DNA of 64,000 nucleotides from contig OZ024741.1 in assembly GCA_964016885.1 (NCBI GenBank), positions 111,848,001-111,912,000 of the forward strand, read 5' to 3'. Numbering within the stretch: the first letter of the stretch is position 1; each line of letters starts with the position of its first letter. The notes below the pieces were generated by a model that saw nothing but the letters and a program-made list of their open reading frames with translations, made no database searches and was not told the DNA's origin. This document shows, one piece after another, positions 1 through 14,501 of this stretch. The position numbers and the translations under genes were made by a program. Origin of the DNA: Eledone cirrhosa. Its lineage: Eukaryota.

Positions 1-1464
1 ACAATGACATACAGTGATGACGTATTAGTTTAACGATTGATATAATTAATTTTTGGGACACTTCTCCTTCATCGGAACATAGAACAGAGAAGATGCTTGA
101 GAGAGAGAGAGAGAGAGAGAGAGAAAGAAAGAGATAGAGAGAAGTAGAAGAACGACAGAAAAAGACGAATTGGGAAAAAGGGTAGAGAGGAAAGAAAGCA
201 TGTGCTGTTGTTAGTCAGAATAGAAGGGAGGAAAGGTTAGGGGTAGCGAAGAGGAGGAGAGAAGGCAAAAGTAAAGAGAGAAGGGGAGGAAAAAATGGGA
301 AACGGGACAACAAACGTGGGGAATAAAGAGAGGAAGGTGTTGAGTTATAGAAGTTGTGAGGAGTAGCGAGATATTGATGTAGTGAAAAGTGTCCTATTAT
401 CCGAGTAGAAATCCGAGTAGAGATTCAGGTAAAACCTAGGTGTGTGTGTGAGTGTGTGTGTGTATGTGTGTGTGTGTGTGCGTATGTGATGTGTATGTGT
501 GAGAGAGTGTGTGTGTAAGTGGTGTGTGTGTATGAACATGTCTATATTTACGTTTAATATTTAATCTCAGAACTTAGCGGTTCAACATAAAAAAGATCCA
601 TGAAATAGGTACCAGACTTGAAAAACTAACTACTGGTGTCAATAGAATTGACTCCAATCCCTCCCTTCAAACGGTGCCCCTAAATGGTCGTAGACTAATG
701 ACTGAATAAGTTAAAGAATATAGGAATAAACGAATAATGCATCTTAAAAGCTTGTAAACATCGCGGTATTAGAGAATATTGTAATCATTTCGGACAGTTA
801 TGTAAATGCTACACTGAAAATAACTATTTATTCCGTTGATGATATTAGAAATCTCGTCAAATGTCCTCCAATCAGAGTTGATCTATTTTAAACCAGGCAG
901 TGAATCGGCAGATTGGTTATGATGGCGGATTAAAAAATGGGTCAGTGTTTGTTTTGTCTCACTATGCTCTAATTTCAAATCTCAGCTTAGACCCTGAGAG
1001 GGATGGACTCCGGCAGGCTTAAAATGCCCATGACACGCTGTGTGTCAGGAGTTAAGTGCCTTTTCTTAAATAGCAGACACAATTCATACCTTTGAAATGT
1101 TATTTTTTTTAACAAACCAAAATAAACGGCTTTGAAAGAGATGGAGTGAGCCATTGCATATTTTCATAGTTGGTTCATGCTGCTACCGTGGTCACTGCAC
1201 ACACACACGCACACACAGACACACATACATACACACACATACACAAGACACAATTACATTACAATTTTCACGCACCCATAATCATAATGTTAGCATAAAC
1301 AGGTCAATTATCGTGGATAAATCTTAATCACCATCTTTCGTATTGAAATAAGAGCAGATATACAGAAAGAGAAAATATCTGATGGGCATAGATAAGACAC
1401 CATGGACAGCAGAATTAGTAAATATTTATCCGAACCATGAGCATTATTTCATTTACAGTATCAG

Positions 1465-1622
1465 AAGAGGGTCGGACGCAAAGAGTTACGTCCCTTTAGG
1501 ATCTGAGTTCAAATCCTGCCGAGGTTAACTTTGCCTTTCATCCTAACGGGGTCGATAAAATAAAGTACCAGTAATGTACTGGGGAATTTGCTGGCCTTGT
1601 GCCAAAAGTAGAAACAATTATT
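1465..1622 (+). mobile_element. tRNA-derived SINE (family 1), 5'-truncated
   Basis: B-box gagttcaaatcc followed by the same body (gaggttaactttgcctttcatcc...ggggtcgataaaataaagtaccagt...ggccttgtgccaaaagtagaaac) as the copies at 39778 and 60424. Confidence 0.8.
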
Positions 1623-1819
1623 TCATTTAATTTACAGGTTTCTCTCACTAGACTACGATCATGTTTGGGCACTGCCTTAGAGGGATTCAGTCGATTATGA
1701 TTATATAATTATGATTTTCAGTGCTCCTACTTGTTTTATTGATCTCTTTTTTGGTCGAACCGCTAAGTCATGGGACATAATACAGAAGCCCCCCCCCCCC
1801 TGCCATATATATATATATA

Positions 1820-1975
1820 TTTATTAAAATAACAGATTAAAGTTTAAGCAAAGAATCGCTGCTTTCACCCTTAACGGGATCTTCTGAAACTAAAAAGGTC
1901 AATCTGTGAACGCAGAAGTAAATATTTCAAAAAACGTTGCAACCGAAGGAACACAGGAAGACGATACTCTGTCTT
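1820..1975 (-). mobile_element. Fragment of HHR-bearing family A (hammerhead-like motif at 1841-1891)
   Basis: Near-identical to 2689-2840; flanked by (TA)n. Confidence 0.75.
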
Positions 1976-1982
1976 TAATATC

Positions 1983-2039
<57 letters not shown>

Positions 2040-2072
<33 letters not shown>

Positions 2073-2364
2073 GTGTTTGTGTATTTATGTGTATGTGTAT
2101 GTATATTTATATATATATATATATATGTACATATGTATGTGTGTGTGTGTGTATGTTTGTGTGTGTGTTTATATACTTTTATATTTATTATCTTTTTTTC
2201 TTCTTCCTTCAACCTCACTTTCATATTTCTTATATTTTTGTTTTCAAATCCACATTCAATATATGCACCAGGTCTTTTTCATTCTGACGACTGAAAGCAG
2301 ATCTATTTGCTTTCAAGAAACCACTGGTAAATGAAATAATTATCTTATGTTGTTTATTACATAA

Positions 2365-2367
<3 letters not shown>
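2040..2367 (+). mobile_element. Short PLE-end-like insert, family B
   Basis: Diverged inverted copy at 4166-4540; contains a hammerhead; ends at a (TA)n tract. Confidence 0.7.
2277..2336 (+). ncRNA. Type I hammerhead ribozyme (family B)
   Basis: tttcatt-CTGACGA-c tgaaagcaga tcta tttgctttca a-GAAA-cca c tgg-TA-aatgaaa: 7-bp stem I, 10-bp stem II, GUA cleavage triplet. Confidence 0.85.
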
Positions 2368-2401
<34 letters not shown>

Positions 2402-2403
<2 letters not shown>

Positions 2404-2586
2404 CGGAGGAAATGAGGTAAGGAACCAGGTGGACCATAACGCACCAAAGTACTCAATACTTAGGGTAGTAGAGTGGATAATAGGAACGAGTAGGACCCCG
2501 ACGGCTGAGCTCAATTAGCTAATTCTGGACCAGAATTAGCCGTCGAAACGGCTTGAGCTCAGCCGTCGGGGTCCTACTAGTTCCTA
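2402..2586. repeat. Small foldback insert with the 3' half of a hammerhead-like motif
   Basis: Arms of about 33 bp (2481-2514 / 2552-2586) enclose the hairpin gctaattctg gac cagaattagc followed by cgtcGAAAcggc; no CUGANGA is retained. Confidence 0.6.
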
Positions 2587-2595
2587 TATATATAT

Positions 2596-4111
2596 TATAG
2601 TAATAATAATAAATGTGAAGACAAAAATCCCAAAAGGGCTCGACAAGGATAAATATATATCAGATATATAAGAACCGTAGAGCAAATATTTATTAAAATA
2701 ACAGATTAAAGTTTAAGCAAAGAATCGCTGCTTTCACCCTTAACGGGATCTTCTGAAACTAAAAAAGTCAATCTGTGAACGCAGAAGTAAATATTTAAAA
2801 AAACGTTGCAACCGAAGGAAGACAGGAAGACGATACTTTGGTTTGTGGAAACGTTCCTTGGCAAAGAACGAACAAAAACGAAGATAATACGTCATTATTT
2901 GGCGCGGTGAAAACAATTACACGCAAAGACAAAACCACGTAAATGGTATAAAAGAAGTCGTAGACTAATATTCTATTAGGTGGTTCATGGAGACGTTTTC
3001 TGGTAATGAACGGAAAAAACGAAGATAATACGTCATTATGTGAACCAATGAGAACAATTACACGCAAAGACAAAACCACGTAAATGGTATAACTGAAGTC
3101 GTAGACTAAAATTCTATTTAGGAAACCGAATGATTCTCGGCTTCAGAGTTAAGAATAAAGTAAATAAAATACAGAGGTATTTGAAATTAAATATATACAT
3201 ACACGCATCAAATATACAAAATACACAAGCATGCGCGAAAACACTCGCCCTGGGTATGCAAATACAAGCACGTACATACAAAAAAACAAAACAAAAAAAA
3301 ACACGCACGCACATACAGAACCCACGCAACGCCTGTACCCGCACACATAGACCAAATACACATAAAAATATATATAAAAACATATATATATATATATACA
3401 TGTATACACGCAGACACACACACACACACACACACACACACCTGTGTATATATATATATGATTTTATATATATTTTTATGTGTATTTGGTGTATACGTTC
3501 GTATGTGTGCGGGTACAGACGTTGCGTGGGTTCTGTATGTGCGTGCGTGTTTTTTTTTTGTTTTTTTGTTTTTTTTTGTGTATGTGCTTGTGTTTGCATA
3601 CCCATGCCGAGTGTTTTCGCGTATGCTTGTGTATGTTATATATGGATGCGTGTATGTATATATTTAATTTCAATTACCTCTGTATTTTATTTACTTTATT
3701 CTTAACTCTGAAGCCGAGAATCATTCGGTTTCCTAAATAGAATTTTAGTCTACGACTTCAGTTATACCATTTACGTGGTTTTGTCTTTGCGTGTAATTGT
3801 TCTCATTGTTCCACATAATGACGTATTATCTTCGTTTTTTTTTAGTTCTTTGCCAAGGAACGTTTCCACGAACCAAAGTATCGTCTTCCTGTCTTCCTTC
3901 GGTTGCAACGTTTTTTTAAATATTTACTTCTGCGTTCACAGAATTACTTTTTTAGTTTCAGAAGATCCCGTTAAGGGTGAAAGCAGCGATTCTTTGCTTA
4001 AACTTTAATCTGTTATTTTAATGCATATTTGCTCTACGCTTCTTATATATCTGATATATATTTATCCTTATCGAGCCTTTTGGGAATTTTAGTCTTCAAA
4101 TTTATTATTAT

Positions 4112-4115
<4 letters not shown>
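2596..4115. mobile_element. Family A foldback (inverted arms about 2596-3395 and 3455-4115)
   Basis: Long inverted repeat centred on a (CA)n tract; the left arm has an extra duplication of about 140 bp; HHR-like motifs at 2710-2760 (-) and 3954-4004 (+). Confidence 0.8.
3954..4004 (+). ncRNA. Variant type I hammerhead (U4A core CAGAAGA)
   Basis: agttt-CAGAAGA-t ccc gttaa ggg t-GAAA-gca..tgc-TT-aaact; identical in three copies. Confidence 0.6.
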
Positions 4116-5043
<928 letters not shown>

Positions 5044-5332
5044 GAAAATTATAAAAATAAATAAAAATAAATAAACGAATATAATGCATATACTAAAGTA
5101 AGCAGTCACATCACCTTAGAAAGACAAAATACATATACATGAAATCAAAATAATAAATAAATAAAAGTAAAAATTAAGTCAAATATAAAAAATAAAGAAT
5201 AAAGAAATAAAAAATTAGCAAGTTGAAAGCGATACGAAAGAGGAAAAAAACACAAATAAAAATAAATAAACAAACACACGTGGTAAGGAAATGCACAAAA
5301 TAAAATAAATAAATATATATATACATATATGT

Positions 5333-5668
5333 AGATAAATCTACCAAGAGTTTACGGTAGTGTCCAATCCGTATGAAGAACTCAATGTATTCCGGATATC
5401 ATGGAAAGAAGAGATGTAATGAAAAAACACTTTCGGTGAAAGATAAACGGTATACAGAGTCAAGATAAAATATTAAACAAATAATGAATAAACAATTCCT
5501 TATATTAAACAAAAAAAGTTCATTATTTAACGATCGTTTCTAGGATATATATGTGTTAGAATTGGTATGCATATTCAACAGATCTATGTACAAAATTATA
5601 CAAAATTATACAAATTATCAAGATTAAATATACATACCAAACACATATATACGCCGTCTTCAGAAATA
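5333..5668 (-). mobile_element. Family E insert with long-stem-II hammerhead (5524-5668)
   Basis: Minus strand tattt-CTGAAGA-[116 nt]-GAAA-cgatcg-TT-aaata; homologous to 21058-21575. Confidence 0.65.
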
Positions 5669-5869
5669 ATATATATATATATATACATATAATAATATAT
5701 ATATAATATATATATATATATAATAATATATATATATATAATATATATATAATATATATATAATATATATATATAATATATATAATATATATATAATAAT
5801 ATATATATAATATATATATATATATAATAATATATATATATATATAATATATATATATATACATATAAT

Positions 5870-5962
<93 letters not shown>

Positions 5963-6487
5963 ATAGAGGTGTAACACACAAGTTATTATATATTGGTAAA
6001 CGGAATAGAAAATGCTGACAAATTGTTCACAGTTGAAAAATGATTTAATTAGGAATAAAAGAGTATTAGTGATTGTATGGGTTAGTATTCAGTTGTGGTT
6101 TTAAGTTTTTAAGTTTTTACCGGTTGCGCATTTCTAAATGCTTTTCAAAAATAATTTTGAGATAGAGTGTCCGTGCTGTTTGCTCTGATCTGATTAGTTT
6201 TGGGAATTCTACCTGTTTTTATGTTAAAAAAGTGGCTCCAGCGTTATTTTTGTGTTGCAAAAATTCTTGTGGTCAAAACAATTTTGATTGGTCGGTAGAG
6301 GTCATGTGAATGTAAAAAGTTGATTTTGCGCCAAGACTGTTTTTATGTTAAAAAAGTGGCTCCAGCAAAAATTCTTGGTCAAAACAATTTTGATTGGTCG
6401 GTAGAGGTCATGTGAATAAAAAATTGGTTTTGCGCCAAGATGGAGAAATGACTCTTTCACAACAAATATGTGTGTGTGTGTGTATGT

Positions 6488-6541
<54 letters not shown>

Positions 6542-6610
6542 TAGTAGTAGTAAGGTGTTCGATGCTGCGACAATGGCCAGCAGCGATGTGTGTCAAATGG
6601 CTATTAAGAT

Positions 6611-6661
<51 letters not shown>

Positions 6662-6742
6662 GCAGAGTGATTCGTGGTGGTAGGGATGGTCAGTAAGAAT
6701 GTGTCTGAAAGCAATGTGGGGTATTTTAGCATGTCAAAAGAT

Positions 6743-6791
<49 letters not shown>

Positions 6792-6975
6792 TGTGTGTAT
6801 AGCAGAGTAATTTGTGGTGGCAGGGATGGTCAGTAAGAATGTGTCTGAAAGCAATGGGGGGGTATTTTAGCATGTCAAAAGATATTTTTCAGCTTTTGTC
6901 TTATACGGAGAAGTGCGTGTGTGTGTGTATATAAGTCTCTTTGTATGTTGATGTACGCGTGTGTATGTGTTTGTG

Positions 6976-7032
<57 letters not shown>

Positions 7033-7353
7033 ACCAGTATTTTTTTCCCCCTGGTAAAATGGTGTACATTATTCGATTTTTTCAGTAAAATCGGTTCTCT
7101 TAATAGAACATCAAAAATCTTAACAATAAAAGGTGTGAAATGATATTCACTATATATATATACACATACATATATTCACTACATATATATATATATATAT
7201 ATATACATATATACATACATATATATGCACATATATTTCTTTGTATTGCACCATAGAGCATGTGTGTTTACGTGTGTCATTGTGTTTATATGTGGGTAGA
7301 GATGTGTGCTGATGTAGGTATGTATGTTGACGTGTGTATGTTGTGGGTTCGTC

Positions 7354-9441
7354 TTAGGGAGAAGTGTTTAGACGGGGTCCGTATTTATTAATGAAGTAAG
7401 ATTCCTTGCTGATGCGCTGGGTGTGGGTGGCATTATCTTTAAATTTGTAGAGGGGAAAGATTCTGAAGTTGGGATGATTTTGGGCGGCACAGGTATCAAT
7501 GTGTTCACTCAGTGGTATTTTACTGTATTCCCGTATTTTAATTTGGGATCTATGGACAGTCATGCGTTGGCGGAGGCTGATTTTGGTCTGGCCTATGTAT
7601 TGTTCTCGACAACCTGAACAAGTTGATACATATATTAGATTTTCCGATGCACATGTGAAATTGTGTTTTACTATAAAACGTTGTCCATCTTTGAAATAGA
7701 ATTCCGAACCCTCTATTAGGTTGATGCAAATGCCACAGTTGGGTCTATCGCATTTTTTTACTGTGGGTTTCGTTGTTGTGGTTGGCAGTACTTTGGCATG
7801 TGTTAAGATGTTTTTCATTGACTTGGATTGTCTTTTGCTCTTTATGATATCGTGTGTTCGTAGAATTTGGTTCATTCTATGGTCCTTTTTCAATACATGG
7901 ATGTTCTGGAGGATGGTGTCAAAGGCCTCATTGTTGAGGGGGTTGTGTGTGGAGATGTATGGAAGAGCTTTTAGTTTTGGTTGATTTACTTTAGGGTGTC
8001 TAAGGTCCTGGGTACTGAGTTTTAGGGCACGTTGGATTCCATTGTCAATTAGTGATGCAGGGTAGTCCCTGCCTATGAGTGTGTCCTTTAGTTCTTGTAG
8101 CCGTAAGTAGCAGATGTTTTTATTGGAGACTATAGTACAGATTCTCTTGGCTAAGTTGTAGGGAATATTAATTTTAACGTGTCTAGGGTGGCAAGAGTTG
8201 AAGGGGAGATATTGCTTGGAGTCTGTGGGCTTGTAGTATATGTCTGTTTCTATTTTTTTGTTATGGATCTTAATGAGGATGTCGAGGAAGGGGAGTTGTT
8301 GATGGCTGTATTCCATCGTGAAGTTAATATTTGTGTTGAGCCCATTTATAAGGGTGTGAAATTCTTTAAGTTTTTCGATGTTTTCGTGCCAAAGGATGAA
8401 GCAGTCATCTAGATATCGCTTCCAGTTCCTTTCAATGTGTAAGTGGAGGGTGTTTCCAAATTTGTTTAGGACTTTAGTGTAGAGGGTGATTTCCAGGTAT
8501 CCCATGACTAGGTTGGCATAAGTAGGGGCTGTTTTCGTTCCCATAGCGGTCCCAGATTTCTGCCTGTAGGGTTTGTTATTGAAAACGAAGTAATTGTTCT
8601 CCAAGATAAATTTGAGTCCCTCTATCACGAATTCTTTTTTGATGCGTTGTGGGAGTTCATTGTGGAAATTATCCAGCCAGAATTGGATAGCTTCTATTCC
8701 TAGGTTGTGGGGGATGTTGGAGTATAGGTTGACTACATCGAACGTCACTAGTAGGGTTTGTTCAGAAAGTGGCATATTAGGGAGGTGATCGAGCATATCT
8801 AGGTCGTCCCTTATATAGCTTTTGATGTGGTTGAGGAAGGGTTTGAGAAGGGTATCAATGAAGTTGCTAAGACGGTGCGTTTCGCAAGCGGGTCTTGCTA
8901 TTATAGGTCTTAATTTGAGATCATTGGGTGAGGGGACATTGATGACTATGTCTGTGGCTTCCTTGCATGCCTTACTTATTGATTCGCTTTTATGTACTTT
9001 AGGGATACCGTAGAAAAGGCTGGATTTACTTGTGAAGTCTGTGATGAAGCTGAATTCCTTGTTAGTGAGTCCTTCTTTGTATTGGTTGATTAGAGTTTTT
9101 AGGTTTCTCATAATTTTCTGTTGATTGTAGTGTTCAGCCTTTTCGTAGTATGTTTCGTTTTCCAAAGTGGAGAGCGCTAAGTTGATATCGAATTCTGTCT
9201 CCATTAGGACTACTGTACTCCCTTTATCAGCCTCTTTAATTGTAATGGTTCTGTCGGTTTTTAATCTATTTAATTCTTCCCATTCTTTCTTGTTGAGGTT
9301 TGGCTTGTGTTTTTGTCTGTGCAAGTGTTGGTAAGGGAAGTTTGTGATGTGTTCACAGAATTCGTCCAGGATTTTATTTCTACCTTTTGAAGGGGTGTAA
9401 TTGCTTCTATTTCTGGCTAATGATTCATCCTCATTGCTGGA
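7354..9441 (-). CDS. PLE reverse transcriptase + C-terminal GIY-YIG endonuclease (5'-truncated, uninterrupted)
   Basis: ADKG, YGIPKVHK, LRPII, FDVVNLYSNI, QKSGTAMG, RYLDD, LPFLD, Cys linker CDRPNCGIC, LIY..YIG, R..H, E, LN. The frame stays open upstream of 9324 to the inversion junction. Confidence 0.93.
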   Translation of the reverse strand, partial: SSNEDESLARNRSNYTPSKGRNKILDEFCEHITNFPYQHLHRQKHKPNLNKKEWEELNRLKTDRTITIKEADKGSTVVLMETEFDINLALSTLENETYYEKAEHYNQQKIMRNLKTLINQYKEGLTNKEFSFITDFTSKSSLFYGIPKVHKSESISKACKEATDIVINVPSPNDLKLRPIIARPACETHRLSNFIDTLLKPFLNHIKSYIRDDLDMLDHLPNMPLSEQTLLVTFDVVNLYSNIPHNLGIEAIQFWLDNFHNELPQRIKKEFVIEGLKFILENNYFVFNNKPYRQKSGTAMGTKTAPTYANLVMGYLEITLYTKVLNKFGNTLHLHIERNWKRYLDDCFILWHENIEKLKEFHTLINGLNTNINFTMEYSHQQLPFLDILIKIHNKKIETDIYYKPTDSKQYLPFNSCHPRHVKINIPYNLAKRICTIVSNKNICYLRLQELKDTLIGRDYPASLIDNGIQRALKLSTQDLRHPKVNQPKLKALPYISTHNPLNNEAFDTILQNIHVLKKDHRMNQILRTHDIIKSKRQSKSMKNILTHAKVLPTTTTKPTVKKCDRPNCGICINLIEGSEFYFKDGQRFIVKHNFTCASENLIYVSTCSGCREQYIGQTKISLRQRMTVHRSQIKIREYSKIPLSEHIDTCAAQNHPNFRIFPLYKFKDNATHTQRISKESYFINKYGPRLNTSP

Positions 9442-9650
9442 GTCACTTTTTTAACATAAAAACAGTCTTGGCGCAAAATCAACTTTTTACATTCACATGA
9501 CCTCTACCGACCAATCAAAATTGTTTTGACCACAAGAATTTTTGCAACACAAAAATAACGCTGGAGCCACTTTTTTAACATAAAAACAGGTAGAATTCCC
9601 AAAACTAATCAGATCAGAGCAAACAGCACGGACACTCTATCTCAAAATTA

Positions 9651-9687
9651 TTTTTGAAAAGCATTTAGAAATGCGCAACCGGTAAAA
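9651..9687 (+). ncRNA. Hammerhead-like motif with U3-A8 core and A13C change (mirror copy 6115-6151, minus)
   Basis: ttt-TTGAAAA-gcattt ag aaatgc-GCAA-ccgg-TA-aaa within the pLTR. Confidence 0.55.
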
Positions 9688-9830
9688 ACTTAAAAACTTA
9701 AAACCACAACTGAATACTAACCCATACAATCACTAATACTCTTTTATTCCTAATTAAACCATTTTTCAACTGTGAACAATTTGTCAGCATTTTCTATTCC
9801 GTTTACCAATATATATATATATATATATAC

Positions 9831-9887
<57 letters not shown>

Positions 9888-10166
9888 TTAAAACAAATCA
9901 ATATATTTGATAAGCACAAATACCCTCATATTTATGTTTGTATTGTAAATGACCAAGTTAGCTAGATAGAAATATACTAATAATAATATTACAGTTTGCC
10001 TATCATGACTTAAGATAATACATCATAAATCAACAAAAACAAATTGTATTGGCAATGGCCGTAGTGCTTGGACAAATTTAAATTTCAAAATCAAACCTGT
10101 TCCGTAGACAGGTTTAAACCTTAAAATCCAAATATGTTTCGAATAATGAAAAAGTGGAAGAAAATA

Positions 10167-10222
<56 letters not shown>

Positions 10223-10224
<2 letters not shown>

Positions 10225-10412
10225 CATTAACGAAGCTTTAGGCTGCGGCTAAACTAACGAATGTGAATTCGGAATGTAGCTTTAGCACTCGATGGAGAAT
10301 AATACCCCAGAGTAATAACAATACGTTTAGACAGCTTTGCAAATCAAATATAGCGATCGGCAGTCCAGCCGCATTGCCATAGCAACGAAAAAGACGAGAC
10401 TCAGGAAAAGAT
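10223..10412 (-). repeat. Diverged copy of the repeat at 50197-50445 / 50840-51088
   Basis: Reverse complement aligns by eye over about 190 nt. Confidence 0.65.
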
Positions 10413-10611
10413 TTTTATATATACGCCAACATACACACATACACAATTATATATATATATACACACACACATACATAAACATATACACACACACACATAG
10501 ATACACATACACATACAGGGAAATATACACACACATATATATATACAGTACAAACATATACACAGATAAGTATAAACATACGAATACACATACGCACACA
10601 CATGCGCACGC

Positions 10612-12460
10612 AATCTCCGCACCCTACTCGTCCACAGCTCCCCCCCCCCCTCCGGTTCACTTCCCTGTTCCAGGCCCCGTTGCCACACCTGCCCCCATAT
10701 CACCAACACCACCGCCTTCCATGGTCCCAACGGCCACCTACGTCGGACAGACTGGACGTCGCCTGACGGACCGTTTCACGGAACACATCCGGGATATTCG
10801 CCTCGGCGGGAGTTCCCCAATCGCCCGCCACTTTCGCTCCCCTGGACATTCCGCCCACCACCTCACAGTCTGTGGCCTTCTCCAATGCCATGGAACACCC
10901 GCCACCCGCCTCACGGTCGAACAACGCACCATCTTCATCCTCCAGACACACACACCCCCCGGCCTGAACTCCCCACTCCTATTCCTTTAGCCATCGACCG
11001 CCCACCCCCTTGGCCCACCCTTTCTCCACTAACACCTCTAACACACTTCCCATTTTACCCCCCTGGCCCATCCCACAACTAACATACTAACACCCCCACA
11101 CTACCCCTAACACGCACACACCCACCTAAACATATATACACGCACTCACACTATCCACACACCCTACTACCACCACTAACCCTCCCCCTCACATCCACTT
11201 CGACCACCCCACAACTAACATCACTAACCTCCCCCTGACCCCACGCACACGAACACACACCATCACACACACACACACACACCCACACCTATGTACACCA
11301 CCGACTCCACACACCCAACCACCACTAACCCCCACTTACACACCCGCTTTCCACCCTTTCCCCATCACATGTAATACTAACACCCACTAACACCCCCTTT
11401 ACCACACACACACTCATCCAAACACGCACACACACACACCAGTACACTACACTCCCTCCTCCGTCCTCAACACCTGTTCTCTCCCCCTCTCTCTCGCTCT
11501 CTCTCTCTCCTCTCCACGCTCCACCCACACCCCTTCACGCACACATATACCACTAACACCCCTACTATTATACACCCCATCGCCCCACTTCACCACCTTC
11601 CCCCTCCACCCTTCACACCTACCCATCCTCTCCCCTGTCCATCGCACCTTCGCACACACAGTCACACACACAGTCTTCACCTCACTCCACCTGTCATCCC
11701 ACTCTACTGCTATCTCTACACCCTGTCTTGACCCTCTGACCAGTTCCTGTTGCGCGCGCACCCCACTTCCCTCCACTTCCTACCACCACCAACATTGGAT
11801 TCTACACCTTCAGTCATCTCTCCAACCATCCACTCCATATCTTGAAAAATATCCAGCAACTCTCCACACATCTGACGGAACTACCTCAGGACCTTACCCA
11901 CGAACATTTTTGTTCGCACCACGCTACCCACATCCACACCACATATAAACACAAACACACACGTGCGTACCCCCACATATACACAACCTCCGGAATCCCC
12001 CCCCCCCTGACCCCTCGCTCTCCACACGCACACACCGACTTACACTCCACCCCACGCACACACCTTTTTCTGAACATGGAACCTCGTTCTTCCTCAAACT
12101 CTCACATACACACGCACACACACTCACGTACACCTACACGCATACACAAACAACACCTTCAGCCTTCATCGCTTCGACCCCCCGCCTCCCTCTCCCAACT
12201 CCACCAGCCACCACCCTTACACGCCTCACGCCCTTCCACCACTTGTCCATTTTATTGTTTATTCTTATGTTTATTTTTACGTTTATATTTATTTTTATTT
12301 TTATTTGTTCTCCTCCCCCCTTTTTTTCTAAACGTATTTCCACACACCCTCTGAACTCTCTTCCTAACCTATTTACTCCCGAAGAAGGGCTTATGCCCGA
12401 AACGTCCCCCCCCCTTCCCTCACTCTCAAAAGCGTGAACTTAATAAACCTTTATTTGTCT
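10612..12460 (+). mobile_element. 3' remnant of a GC-rich PLE: GIY-YIG end, C/A-rich 3' UTR, degenerate HHR (12375-12410)
   Basis: YVGQTGRRLTDRFTEH...HF...EQRTIFILQTHTPPGLN at about 10723-10990; CCGAAGAagggcttatgcccGAAAcgtc followed by aataaa. Confidence 0.8.
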
Positions 12461-12490
12461 GCCTCTCTGTTTTGTTCCCGTATAAATTTG

Positions 12491-12526
<36 letters not shown>

Positions 12527-13016
12527 CTGTTGTTTCTTGTAAACAGCTTTTTGTCTCATCCCGCCATCACTAGCGTGCGCCCACGTGTGTGTTGTTATTT
12601 CAAGTCTACACGCTTTTAATTCCGTTTGCCTGCTTTTAATTCCCCTCCGGCATTTTAGCAGTGGTGATCTAGTTAATGTCTTGAGCACTACTGAAGATCC
12701 ATCCCAACCGTGACTAACCCCACTGAAAAGTTTTGTGAAATAGTCTTTTAAGACTATTTAGTGCATTTGTAGTTTTCCCCAAATTGACGGTTAAGTATTT
12801 TTTCTTGATTTTATTTTGAGTTAAGATTATACTGCTTTTTCCCCAAATTACACAAAGTCTGAGGATTAAGTTTTTCTTCTTGATTTGTTTTCAATTAAGA
12901 TTGTATTACTTTTCCCACATCTTACATTAAACATTTTTTTATCTTGATGGTATAGTCACTTATATGTCTAAATTATTGTTGGCATTTTGCTTACATTAAT
13001 TTCTCTATTTTTCATT

Positions 13017-13188
<172 letters not shown>

Positions 13189-13637
13189 TATATATATATA
13201 TATTTATATACACACACACAACATATACACACATATACATACACACGTGCATACACACTCGTACGCACGCACATACTCTCAACCACACGTATAGGTAGAT
13301 ATATACAAATGTAGGTGTATATACATATATAAAAAAATATAAATACATTCACAAACACATATACATGAGAAAAAATAGATACAACCACATACACACATAT
13401 ATATATAAAGACTTACTTATATATAAAAATATACATACATACATACGCATATGTACACATACATACGCACGCACATACATACACATGAATAAAGCTATAT
13501 AAAAGAAGTGGAAGGGGAATACAGGGGGTTGGAAATACGACAAATATGAATAAAAATATAAATGTTTATAACTGATCTAGAGCACTCAACAGTCCCTGGA
13601 GTAAAATGATATTAAATATTTAATATTTTTGTATATA

Positions 13638-13704
<67 letters not shown>

Positions 13705-13714
13705 CACATACATA

Positions 13715-13755
<41 letters not shown>

Positions 13756-13936
13756 TAGGATACGTGTTCCTACACGCACAAAGCGCCAAGGGACACATGT
13801 ATTGTCCAACCATATGCCAATGTGGTTCAATGGCAGGTTAATAAATTAACGAGCCAGAACATATATAATCAGGTTTAGCAAATAATGAAAAAGTTTCAAA
13901 ATAAATTTTAAAAAATTGACTTTACTTACTATAGTT

Positions 13937-14020
13937 ACCTTTACCGAATCGGTTTCGAATCTCAAAAATAAACGGAGACCATACGGCCTTCGTTGCAAAG
14001 AAATATTCTCGTCAGAAGGT
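13937..14020 (-). ncRNA. Type I hammerhead (family C, unit 1)
   Basis: acctt-CTGACGA-gaat..attc-GAAA-ccga t tcgg-TA-aaggt. Confidence 0.8.
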
Positions 14021-14417
14021 TCTTTTCATTCGAAGAATATAAAATTCTTGAATTTAAATTACGAACTAGCGCTATCCAAAACTGTTCCGAGATGAGAGTA
14101 AATGAAGTGGAATCAATTTTTTCAAGGGCCGAAAGTAAAGATAGAGGCAGAGGGAGGTAGGTCAATCGGCCACCACTATCACTAGCAGCAGTCGGAACGA
14201 CCAAATTTTTTCTCAACATAGAGGAGATAGTAATAATAGGATATGTGTTCCTACACGCACAAAGCGCCAAGGGACACATGTATTGTCCAACCATATGCCA
14301 ATGTGGTTCAATGGCAGGTTAATAAATTAACGAGCCAGAACATATATAATCAGGTTTAGCAAATAATGAAAAAGTTTCAAAATAAATTTTAAAAAATTGA
14401 CTTTACTTACTATAGTT

Positions 14418-14501
14418 ACCTTTACCGAATCGGTTTCGAATCTCAAAAATAAACGGAGACAATACGGCCTTCGTTGCAAAGAAAGATTCTCGTCAGAAGG
14501 T
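14418..14501 (-). ncRNA. Type I hammerhead (family C, unit 2)
   Basis: Same motif with stem II base gaatct/agattc. The inverted unit (15084-15167, +) has a mutated core CCGACAA. Confidence 0.8.

Larger units (their letters stand above)
5990..9812 (-). mobile_element. Penelope-like retroelement (Neptune-like), 5'-truncated, with inverted pseudo-LTR
   Basis: RT-GIY-YIG ORF; 9433-9812 is a near-perfect inverted copy of 5990-6365; both ends abut (TA)n. Confidence 0.9.

Noticed and set aside
12685-12740. CTGAAGA...GAAA hammerhead (similarly 48928-48968 and 60368-60400)
   Set aside because: No consistent stem I, II and III with a UH triplet.
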